From positions 1-36,323 of IMG/VR virus record IMGVR_UViG_3300020043_004017: a DNA stretch of 36,323 bases. The stretch is one strand, 5' to 3'. Origin of the DNA: a virus (lineage: Duplodnaviria > Caudoviricetes). Numbering within the stretch: position 1 is the stretch's first letter; the number at the start of each line of letters is the position of its first letter. Below, piece by piece: positions 27,683 to 35,552 of the stretch. Under the pieces are notes generated by a model that was given only the letters and a program-made list of their open reading frames with translations, ran no database searches and was not told the origin of the DNA. A program made the position numbers and the translations under genes.

Positions 27683-27979
27683 ATGAGCATATTCGAAATT
27701 ATAGACATCCTACGAAACTATCCAACTCACCCGCTATGGCACAAGCCTAAACCTAAATTCAATCTTTCAGATTATGTTGAGCTGAATAACCTTAAAACAG
27801 GTTATAAAAAGCAAGCATACGGCAAAGGAACTGATAAACGGGTAATGCGAATAAGTGACGGCACGATTTACGCCAACGGAAAGGAATGTTTCGAGGCCAA
27901 CGGAATCAATAGAAGTACATTTTATCATTTGATTGGAGGACGAACAAAAAAATTTTGTGATTTTAAATATATTGAGTAG
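27683..27979 (+). CDS. Protein with NUMOD1-like C-terminal HTH
   Basis: K.V..I..G.IY.....C....GI pattern. Confidence 0.55.
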   Translation: MSIFEIIDILRNYPTHPLWHKPKPKFNLSDYVELNNLKTGYKKQAYGKGTDKRVMRISDGTIYANGKECFEANGINRSTFYHLIGGRTKKFCDFKYIE

Positions 27980-28103
27980 TTTATATTGTTTCTAAACAAA
28001 TAAATTACTACTTTTACATAACAAATCCGCCAAGATTAGAAACATACGATTCCTCTCTTTGCACTTGGCGGTCATTGAGGGGAATTTTTAATTTAAATAA
28101 ATT

Positions 28104-28577
28104 ATGAGTAAAACAAAAGAAATGTTCGAACAAATTAAAAACGAATTATTCGAAACTAAAGATCAAGTTTTTGAAGGTGAATTGTCAAATCTTGACGGAT
28201 TAATTAAAATGCGTAAAGCAAAAAAAGAAGCTGAAAACATTTTGGAAATTGTGAAAGATTTTGAAAATGAAAGACTTTACGAAATTGCAACCGAAGCCGA
28301 GGCAAATGGGGGTAAATATCACGGTTATGAAATTAAACAAGTTTCAGGGCGTGAATTATTTAGTTTTAAAAATGTACCTCAAATTGTCGAATTGGATTCT
28401 AATAAAAAAACATTGGAAGATAAATTCAAAACGGCATTTAAAGGCGTAATTAAAGGAGTTGTTCAAACCACAGTAATTGAAGATATTACTTATTGGATTG
28501 ATGAAAATGGAGAAGTACAACCACTTCCAGAAATGAATATTGGAAAATCTTTTTTAACTGTAAAAGAACCGAAATAA
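28104..28577 (+). CDS. Hypothetical replication/recombination-region protein
   Basis: 157 aa helical protein upstream of SSB-like gene. Confidence 0.65.
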   Translation: MSKTKEMFEQIKNELFETKDQVFEGELSNLDGLIKMRKAKKEAENILEIVKDFENERLYEIATEAEANGGKYHGYEIKQVSGRELFSFKNVPQIVELDSNKKTLEDKFKTAFKGVIKGVVQTTVIEDITYWIDENGEVQPLPEMNIGKSFLTVKEPK

Positions 28578-28654
28578 TTTACTATATTTACAAAATCATA
28601 ATAACAGGGGTAAGGCTTTCGCCCCGTCATAGAAAGTCATAAAAATTATATATT

Positions 28655-29356
28655 ATGAGTACAACTTCAAACCGCAGACAAGCGTTTGCACAACCACAGT
28701 CAAATCCAGCTACTAAATTTTTAGAGTGGAAATCCAATGACAAACATTTTGAATTTTTTGACAAAGAAAACAAAGTTAAAGTTCCTGTCGAACTTCCTTT
28801 TAAGTTCCTTGCACTCGATGAAATGCACGCAGTTAAAGGATGGTCGGACAGTTGCCAAAGCGCAATCTATTCCAACGAGGTTAAATTTATCTCAAAAGAG
28901 ATTATGACGGTAAAGCCGTTTAAAGGAAATGAAATCGCAAAAGGTCTTTATTCCGAAATTAAAGAGAAAGTAAAAGCCGCTGGAGCGCACTATGTGAAAT
29001 CAATTTATATTATGCTTGAAGATGGCTCGCTTGCCAATTTACAGTTAAAAGGTGCAGCGTGCCAAGCTTGGGGAGACTTTACTAAAAAGAATCGTTCACG
29101 ATTGCCAGACGAATGGGTTACGGTTAAAAAATCTATTGAAGGCAAAAAGGGGGCGGTTAAATTCTATACTCCAGAGTTTACATTTGATAAATCGCTTTCG
29201 GAAGGTGAAATGGATTTGGCTGACGAGGCTTTTGGAATCCTTGAAACGTATCTTAAAGCCTATCTTGTGAAAGCAGAACCAATAATCCCTGATACAGCAG
29301 TAAATACATTGGGAGCAGATGGCGAACCTGATGAAGATCCTGATTTAGATTTTTAG
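28655..29356 (+). CDS. Probable ssDNA-binding protein
   Basis: Aromatic/basic core, KKGAV.FY.P.F, acidic tail ending DEDPDLDF. Confidence 0.6.
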   Translation: MSTTSNRRQAFAQPQSNPATKFLEWKSNDKHFEFFDKENKVKVPVELPFKFLALDEMHAVKGWSDSCQSAIYSNEVKFISKEIMTVKPFKGNEIAKGLYSEIKEKVKAAGAHYVKSIYIMLEDGSLANLQLKGAACQAWGDFTKKNRSRLPDEWVTVKKSIEGKKGAVKFYTPEFTFDKSLSEGEMDLADEAFGILETYLKAYLVKAEPIIPDTAVNTLGADGEPDEDPDLDF

Positions 29357-29375
29357 ATTTTTATATTGTTTATTT

Positions 29376-29403
29376 AAAACCACTCTTTTAGGGTGGTTTT
29401 TTT
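29376..29403 (+). terminator. Intrinsic terminator
   Basis: AAAACCACTC-tttta-GGGTGGTTTT followed by TTT. Confidence 0.8.
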
Positions 29404-29407
29404 GTTT

Positions 29408-29595
29408 ATAGCAATCATTTGAGTGTTTTCTATATACCCCTTAGAAAACACGTTTTATAAAAATGATAGGGGGGTATCAAAATACAAATAAATGTTTGCT
29501 ATGTTTACTAATGCTTTGTAACCCCTTTATTTTATTGACTTTATTAAGTAAACATTTAAAATATAATGTTTGCTATAAAAATAAATGTTTGCTAT
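29408..29595. repeat. Iteron-like repeats, putative replication origin
   Basis: AATGTTTGCTAT exact at 29491, 29565, 29584; degenerate or inverted copies at 29408, 29501, 29547. Confidence 0.6.
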
Positions 29596-29725
29596 TGCTT
29601 TTATATCAATTATTATATTTATATTTGCATAACCTCTTACAGATTATCAAAAATATTATATTAATCCGATTTTGAAACTGAGGTAAGAGGCAGTGGATAA
29701 ATCGGATTTCTTATTTTAAAAACTT

Positions 29726-32086
29726 ATGGAATATAAAATTTCAGTATTCAAAGACTTGCTAAAGTCTAAAGATGTACCTTACATCGTTACATTGGATAAA
29801 ATTTACAACAGGATTAAACTTGGTAAATCAAAACCTATTACTGATTTAGTTCGTGCTGCTAAAGATAAAAAAGAAGCCGACAAGATTAAATCAACATTAC
29901 CATGTATTTTATTTGCTGGTGAGTTTTCTGAAAGAAATGGAAATGGACTTGTTAACCATTCAGGGTTAATGTGTGTTGATTTCGATAAATACCCTAATGA
30001 TGAGGTTATGCTCGAACATCGGGCGATGTTGGAGCGTAATCCTCACGTTATAATGTTATTCGTTTCGCCATCTGGAAATGGTATAAAAGCAGTAGTAAGA
30101 ATACCAAATGCAACGAAAGAAACACATCCTAAATACTTCGCTGCTTTTCAAAATGAATTTGATTTTGAGTATTGGGATAAATCGAGTTGCAATGTTGATA
30201 GGGTATGTTATGAATCTTATGACCCTGATATTTTTATAAATTATGATGCTACTATTTTTGAACCTCAACTCATTGACGTTGGTTATAAGGTATCTGAAAA
30301 GTCGCCTTTGATACCAATTACAGATGAAGAAAAGATTATAGAAAAGATAATGGCTTTTGATTGGAAAAAAGACTTTGTAGAAGGTGAAAGGAACGCTTTT
30401 ATATTTGACCTTGCTGGGATGTTTTGTGAATATGGAGTAAGCCAATATACAACCGAAGGTTATATTTTAAATAATGTTGTTATTGGTGACTTCTCAGAAA
30501 CTGAAACAAAAACCACAATAAAAAGTGCTTATAAAAAAAGACAGTTTGATTCTAAATTCTTTGAGGATTACCAAAAAATTGATAAGGTAAAAGTTGATTT
30601 TAAAAAAGGTAAAGAAGCCGTAATAAAAAAACACGGTATATCGGAGGATACATTCGATGAGCTAAAGGAAGTATTAGATCACGAAGACTTTTGGTTTATC
30701 GTTTACGATAAGTCAGGAAAAGAAAAGGTAGTGATTGACCCACTTAAATACAAATTCTTTTTAGAGCGTAACGGGTTTAAAAAACACTATCCAAACGATA
30801 GCCAAAAGCCTACTTGGGTTTATATTAATTCCAACAAAGTTAAGATAACAAGTGTTGAGATTATAAAGGATTTTGTTTTGAACTATCTTTTAGAAAAGAA
30901 AGAGTTTGAAGTTTGGAATTATTGTGCAAAGTATCAAAACTTGTTTGCTGAAAATTTCCTTTTAATGCTGGAAAGCATCGAGTTAAAAATGCTCACAGAT
31001 ACACGAACTAATTGTTTTATAGCCTTTCAAAATGGGGTGTTGGAAATAACAAAGGATAAAATTAATATGATTGATTATATTGATATTGATTATTACATTT
31101 GGAACGATCACATTTTACAAAGGGATTTTATAGAGTTGGACAACTTTGAAAATGACTATCAAAAATTTATTTATAATATCTCTAACAAAGAGCCTATTTC
31201 AGTTGAATGTGTTGTTGGGTATCTTTTATCAACTTATAAGAACAGAAGCAATAATAAGGCTATTATCTTGAATGATGAGGTTATAAGCGATAATCCAGAG
31301 GGAGGAACAGGGAAAGGGGTGTATGTTCAAGGAATTTCACAAATTAGAAAAACATCTATAATCGATGGTAAATTGTTTGATGGTAAAAAATCATTCCCAT
31401 ATCAAACCGTATCACTTGATACAAAGATATTAGTATTTGATGACGTTGTTAAAAACTTCAACTTTGAAGAAAAGTTTAGTTTGGTTACAGAAGGATTAAC
31501 TTTGGAGCGTAAAAATAAAGATGCTGTTAAATTAAATGTACACGAAAGTCCAAAGCTTATAATATCTACAAATTACGCAATTAAGGGAGAAGGAAATAGT
31601 CACGATAGGCGAAGATTTGAATTAGAGATTGCACAATATTACGGCAAGAATTTAACCCCAGAGGATGAATTTGGAAGACAATTGTTTGATGATTGGACTT
31701 TGGAAGACTTCCAAAAGTTTGATAATTATATGGTGTATTGTTTGAAATTGTTTTTAAATAATGGACTTATTCCGCAAAATGCAAAAAACATTAAAATGCG
31801 TAAATTCATTGCAGAAACTTGCATGGAGTTTTACGAATTTATAAATGAAAAAGAAATGGTAAGTCATAATGAAAGGTTAGACAAAAAAATATACTTTGAT
31901 AAGTTTGTAGAGGAATACCAAGATTTTAAGAAATGGCTCACTCGTAAAAAGTTTAATATTTGGGTTCAGAAGTATTGCAACTTTATGAAATACGAATACC
32001 AATCAGGAAATTCAAACGGATTGCAATGGTTTATGATTAAAACAAAAGAAATTGAAGAGGATATTAATGATGAAGTAATATTTTAA
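29726..32086 (+). CDS. Primase-helicase (VirE_N/BT4734-like + PriCT + P-loop ATPase)
   Basis: HSG..CVDFD, SPSGNG.K, EGERN, GGTGKG, LVFDD, ISTN. Confidence 0.85.
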   Translation: MEYKISVFKDLLKSKDVPYIVTLDKIYNRIKLGKSKPITDLVRAAKDKKEADKIKSTLPCILFAGEFSERNGNGLVNHSGLMCVDFDKYPNDEVMLEHRAMLERNPHVIMLFVSPSGNGIKAVVRIPNATKETHPKYFAAFQNEFDFEYWDKSSCNVDRVCYESYDPDIFINYDATIFEPQLIDVGYKVSEKSPLIPITDEEKIIEKIMAFDWKKDFVEGERNAFIFDLAGMFCEYGVSQYTTEGYILNNVVIGDFSETETKTTIKSAYKKRQFDSKFFEDYQKIDKVKVDFKKGKEAVIKKHGISEDTFDELKEVLDHEDFWFIVYDKSGKEKVVIDPLKYKFFLERNGFKKHYPNDSQKPTWVYINSNKVKITSVEIIKDFVLNYLLEKKEFEVWNYCAKYQNLFAENFLLMLESIELKMLTDTRTNCFIAFQNGVLEITKDKINMIDYIDIDYYIWNDHILQRDFIELDNFENDYQKFIYNISNKEPISVECVVGYLLSTYKNRSNNKAIILNDEVISDNPEGGTGKGVYVQGISQIRKTSIIDGKLFDGKKSFPYQTVSLDTKILVFDDVVKNFNFEEKFSLVTEGLTLERKNKDAVKLNVHESPKLIISTNYAIKGEGNSHDRRRFELEIAQYYGKNLTPEDEFGRQLFDDWTLEDFQKFDNYMVYCLKLFLNNGLIPQNAKNIKMRKFIAETCMEFYEFINEKEMVSHNERLDKKIYFDKFVEEYQDFKKWLTRKKFNIWVQKYCNFMKYEYQSGNSNGLQWFMIKTKEIEEDINDEVIF

Positions 32087-32088
32087 TT

Positions 32089-33366
32089 ATGAAACTAAGA
32101 GACTATCAAATAAAACTATCCAACGAAGCAACCGAAATATTAAAACAAAAGTTAATAGTTTGTTTATGTATGGAAGTGCGAACAGGGAAAACTTTAACCG
32201 CTTTGCAAACTGCTCAAAATTACGGTGCTAAATCGGTGCTATTTGTTACTAAAATCAAAGCATTCAGCTCTATTCAATGGGATTACGATCAAATTGAGTT
32301 TTCTTTTAAGTTAACGATTATTAACAAAGAATCTTTACACAAGATAGATGATACTTTTGATTTGGTTATTTATGATGAGTTTCACGGATTTGCAGCATAT
32401 CCGAAGCCTTCGGTTTATCAAAAGTTAGCACGTGATAAATACAGTCATTTACCAATGATTTTATTATCAGGAACTCCAACGCCAGAGAGTCATTCACAAT
32501 GGTTCCATAGTTTTCAATTATCCGATAACTCCCCATTCAAAGAATATTCGAATTTTTATAAATGGGCGAAGGATTTTGTGAATGTAAAGATTAAACATTT
32601 AGGATATGCGCAAGTGAACGACTATTCAGAAGCCGACATTAAGCATATTAATCGCAGGATTAAATATTATGTTTTGACTTTTACCCAGAAAGAGGCTGGA
32701 TTTACCTCAACAGTAAATGAAATGATGCTGGAGGTTGAAATGAAACCTATCACTTATCAATTAGTAGAACGATTAAAAAAAGATTTGGTTGTTAAAAATT
32801 CAAAAGGACAGTTAATTTTAGCCGATACAGGAGTGAAATTACAACAAAAGATACATCAACTTTATTCAGGTACTTGCAAATTTGAGGACGGCACAAGTAA
32901 GGTTATAGACTACTCAAAATCCGAGTTCATACGTGACAACTTTTCTGAACACAAAATAGGTATCTTTTATAAATTTAAAGAAGAATGGAACGCCCTTAAA
33001 GAAACTTTAGGCGATAAATTAACAAATGATTTAGATGAGTTTAACTCAACAGATAAATGGATAGCTTTGCAGATAACATCAGGACGTGAAGGTATAAGTT
33101 TGAAATCTGCAAAATATTTAGTCTATTATAATATTGACTTCTCAGCGGTTAGTTATTGGCAAAGCCGTGACCGATTAACTACTATGGACAGAAAAGAAAA
33201 TGATATTTTTTGGATATTCGCAAAAGGAGGGATTGAAGAAAAAATATATAGAACTGTTCTAAATAAAAAAGATTATACTCTTAACATTTTTAAAAAAGAT
33301 TATGGAATCAAAAATTCAAAAGAAGATTATAACACAACTCGAAGCCAACGGTTTCTTCGTAGTTAA
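32089..33366 (+). CDS. SF2 (SNF2/DEAD-like) helicase
   Basis: LRDYQ, RTGKT, DEFH, LSGTP, EGISL, QS.DR. Confidence 0.88.
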   Translation: MKLRDYQIKLSNEATEILKQKLIVCLCMEVRTGKTLTALQTAQNYGAKSVLFVTKIKAFSSIQWDYDQIEFSFKLTIINKESLHKIDDTFDLVIYDEFHGFAAYPKPSVYQKLARDKYSHLPMILLSGTPTPESHSQWFHSFQLSDNSPFKEYSNFYKWAKDFVNVKIKHLGYAQVNDYSEADIKHINRRIKYYVLTFTQKEAGFTSTVNEMMLEVEMKPITYQLVERLKKDLVVKNSKGQLILADTGVKLQQKIHQLYSGTCKFEDGTSKVIDYSKSEFIRDNFSEHKIGIFYKFKEEWNALKETLGDKLTNDLDEFNSTDKWIALQITSGREGISLKSAKYLVYYNIDFSAVSYWQSRDRLTTMDRKENDIFWIFAKGGIEEKIYRTVLNKKDYTLNIFKKDYGIKNSKEDYNTTRSQRFLRS

Positions 33367-33580
33367 AATGATTAAGACTAATAAAAACGGTATTCCAGAT
33401 TTATTAGCGGTCAAAGAAAATAGGACAATATTTATCGAAGTTAAACAAGAACACGGAAAATTATCAGAAATTCAAAAACATCGTATAAATGAAATCAGAT
33501 CAAAACAAATCGAGTGTTATACGTGGACAGGTTTCGGAATCAATTTTGATAAAGGAGACCCGTATATTTTTAAACTTTGA
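33302..33580 (+). CDS. VRR-NUC nuclease
   Basis: E..IQ, GIPDL, FIEVK, LS..Q. Confidence 0.88.
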   Translation: MESKIQKKIITQLEANGFFVVKMIKTNKNGIPDLLAVKENRTIFIEVKQEHGKLSEIQKHRINEIRSKQIECYTWTGFGINFDKGDPYIFKL

Positions 33581-33776
33581 AACTCAAACATCAAAGTTAG
33601 GCAGACCGTTCCGATTATCAGGCACACGTAAAAATTCACAACTTCCATCAAAATGGATTGACAAATCAGAAAGATGGCATTGGATTCATTCATTCAAGTA
33701 TTTAGATGAGCAGGGTGGATTTTTTGAAATAGAGATAGGATATAATAATGAATTTATAAAATTAGAGAAGGTATGA
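33489..33776 (+). CDS. Hypothetical protein (start uncertain)
   Basis: 3' part fills the gap; ATGA coupling to next gene. Confidence 0.5.
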   Translation: MKSDQNKSSVIRGQVSESILIKETRIFLNFETQTSKLGRPFRLSGTRKNSQLPSKWIDKSERWHWIHSFKYLDEQGGFFEIEIGYNNEFIKLEKV

Positions 33777-34072
33777 AAACAATATCCGAAGCGGCTAAAA
33801 TCCTAAATATTGAATCTGATAAACTAAGGAAAATAATCAAAAACGAAGGCTTTGTTTTAACAAAAGGAATTAGAGCTAATATTGCGCATTTAACCGAACA
33901 TCAGCTATCATTTTTAATCGAAAAATATAAAGTGGAATACATATACCTTGAAAGCAAAATGAATCAACCTGAGCTATTAAATGAGGCTCCGCCTATTTAT
34001 TCTAAACAAAAAATGATTGAGCAAGGTTTTATTATTCCTAAGAAAAAGTTTCAATCCACGGGGCGGGATTAA
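33773..34072 (+). CDS. HTH DNA-binding protein
   Basis: TISEAAKILNI....LRKI. Confidence 0.6.
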   Translation: MKTISEAAKILNIESDKLRKIIKNEGFVLTKGIRANIAHLTEHQLSFLIEKYKVEYIYLESKMNQPELLNEAPPIYSKQKMIEQGFIIPKKKFQSTGRD

Positions 34073-34127
34073 GTCAACGGGTCACTATTACGTTGACGTA
34101 TCAGGTTTCAATCCACGGGTCGGGATT
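34048..34127 (-). CRISPR. CRISPR-like minimal unit: two 23-nt repeats and a 34-nt spacer
   Basis: AATCCCG(A/C)CCCGTGGATTGAAAC twice (34105-34127, 34048-34070), 1 mismatch. Confidence 0.4.
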
Positions 34128-34294
34128 TTATAAACATAGATCATAGACTTCGCCCAAGTAGGTAACTTTTTACTGGGTGCGGTTTGACTTTTAACACTAT
34201 TTTCAGTTAATCCAATAATCAAAGCAATGTCACGGTTTTTTAAACCGAGTTGCTTTTTAAGTTCTTTGAAATCTTCGTGAGTATAATTTTTCAT
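34088..34294 (-). CDS. Small HTH protein (Aca-like)
   Basis: FKELKKQLGL...DIA.IIGLT..SV.......LP.W. Confidence 0.7.
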   Translation of the reverse strand: MKNYTHEDFKELKKQLGLKNRDIALIIGLTENSVKSQTAPSKKLPTWAKSMIYVYKIPTRGLKPDTST

Positions 34295-34681
34295 TTATAT
34301 TTTTGATTTTAATTTAACAACCAAGCAATTAGCCATATATTCAATCATTTCTGATTCATTTTTAAACTCTAATCTATCTTCTAATGCAGATTCTGAAAAA
34401 TCTCCATCTTCATCAATTCCCCAAGTAGTTGAAAATTCATTATCTGAATAATTAAAATCATCAAATGATTCTAATTGAATTTCGTAATTTTTAGAGTTGG
34501 CCGTCATTGCATCGTGACTTGCTAATCTTGCTCCTAAACAGCTATAAACATCGTTTAAGTCAGAATTACTATAGCAAGCTATAAGCAAATAAGCTGCTTC
34601 ACTTTTATCTGATTGACAAACATTAAAATCAAAATCTAATTGACTTGCTGCTTTTTCTAAAATTTGTGTAAATGCGTTCAT
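34295..34681 (-). CDS. Acidic hypothetical protein (Acr candidate)
   Basis: 128 aa, D/E-rich, abuts HTH gene. Confidence 0.65.
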   Translation of the reverse strand: MNAFTQILEKAASQLDFDFNVCQSDKSEAAYLLIACYSNSDLNDVYSCLGARLASHDAMTANSKNYEIQLESFDDFNYSDNEFSTTWGIDEDGDFSESALEDRLEFKNESEMIEYMANCLVVKLKSKI

Positions 34682-34707
34682 AATTCCTATTGTTTGATTT
34701 TGTTATA

Positions 34708-34762
34708 CAAATATAAGTAACATATTTATTACTCGCAAGTAAAAAGCAATTTATTTATTACT
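34708..34762 (-). promoter_or_regulatory. Promoter with palindromic operator
   Basis: TATATTTG (34708-34715, minus); AGTAA-N8-TTACT 34716-34733; TATTTATTACT repeated at 34723 and 34752. Confidence 0.55.
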
Positions 34763-34924
34763 TTTTTGTTGTTTAGAATAAATATAAATTATAAAATAAA
34801 GTTTATTTAGTTTAAAATTTTGTATATTTGTGTAGTTAATAATTGCGCTATTAACAACTAAAAAAAAATAATCTAAAGTTAAGCCGAGAGGGCGCAATCC
34901 TCGAAGCTTAACTTTTTTTGTATT

Positions 34925-35272
34925 ATGGAAATATGGAAGCCAGTAAAAGACTTTGCTAATTATGAAGTTTCTAATTTAGGAAATGTAAAAAGTTTAAGTA
35001 GAAAAGTATGGAACGGAAGAGGATTTTTCTATTCTAAAGAATTAATTTTAAAAAAATCAATTGACACGAAAGGATATTCTTTTATTCGTTTATGTAAAGA
35101 TGGAATGCCTAAAAGCAGAACCATACATCAATTAGTAGCAGAAGCTTTCTTAAATCATATACCGTGTAAACATAAATTAGTTGTGAATCACAAAGATTTT
35201 AACAAACAAAACAATTGTATTGATAATTTAGAAGTGGTTACAAATAGACAAAATAAAAATCAAAAAACATAA
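34925..35272 (+). CDS. NUMOD4-HNH homing endonuclease, possibly 3'-truncated
   Basis: EIWK.V..F..YEVSNLG.V; IH.LVA.AF; VNHKD.NK.NN...NLE. Confidence 0.88.
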   Translation: MEIWKPVKDFANYEVSNLGNVKSLSRKVWNGRGFFYSKELILKKSIDTKGYSFIRLCKDGMPKSRTIHQLVAEAFLNHIPCKHKLVVNHKDFNKQNNCIDNLEVVTNRQNKNQKT

Positions 35273-35482
35273 ATGCCTAGTTTAAACGCAACAACAACCG
35301 CAGTTTTTAATTCTGTTGGAATTGACGCCGCGACAATTTACGCGACTTTTGTTAATTTGATTGGAACGGCGGTTAGTTTTATGCTTTGGATGATTCAGGT
35401 TTCTTGGCCGTTCCTCCTTGGCATAGCGTTTATCTACTTGATGTATCGTTTGGCTCACAAATTTATGGGTTTCGGTAGATAA
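35273..35482 (+). CDS. Inovirus major coat (pVIII)-like protein
   Basis: 69 aa, amphipathic N-terminus, TM helix, basic C-terminus. Confidence 0.55.
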   Translation: MPSLNATTTAVFNSVGIDAATIYATFVNLIGTAVSFMLWMIQVSWPFLLGIAFIYLMYRLAHKFMGFGR

Positions 35483-35490
35483 GCAAAACA

Positions 35491-35517
35491 AAAACGCCGG
35501 CACCAGCCAGCGATTTT
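35491..35517. terminator. Hairpin after pVIII-like gene
   Basis: CGCCGGC-acca-GCCAGCG flanked by A and T runs, 1 mismatch. Confidence 0.4.
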
Positions 35518-35552
35518 GTAGGTTTTACAATTTTATTTTATTTCTTTTTAGA

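Noticed and set aside
29463-29675. 70-aa Leu/Cys-rich ORF
   Set aside because: Translation of the iteron repeats and promoter region
28261-30445. Nested ORFs 28261-28449, 29052-29270 and 30056-30445
   Set aside because: Alternate-frame or antisense within longer genes
1-35272. Genome-wide stop-codon reassignment; integrase or tRNA genes
   Set aside because: Core genes are intact in code 11 with all three stops in use; no recombinase motifs or cloverleaf seen
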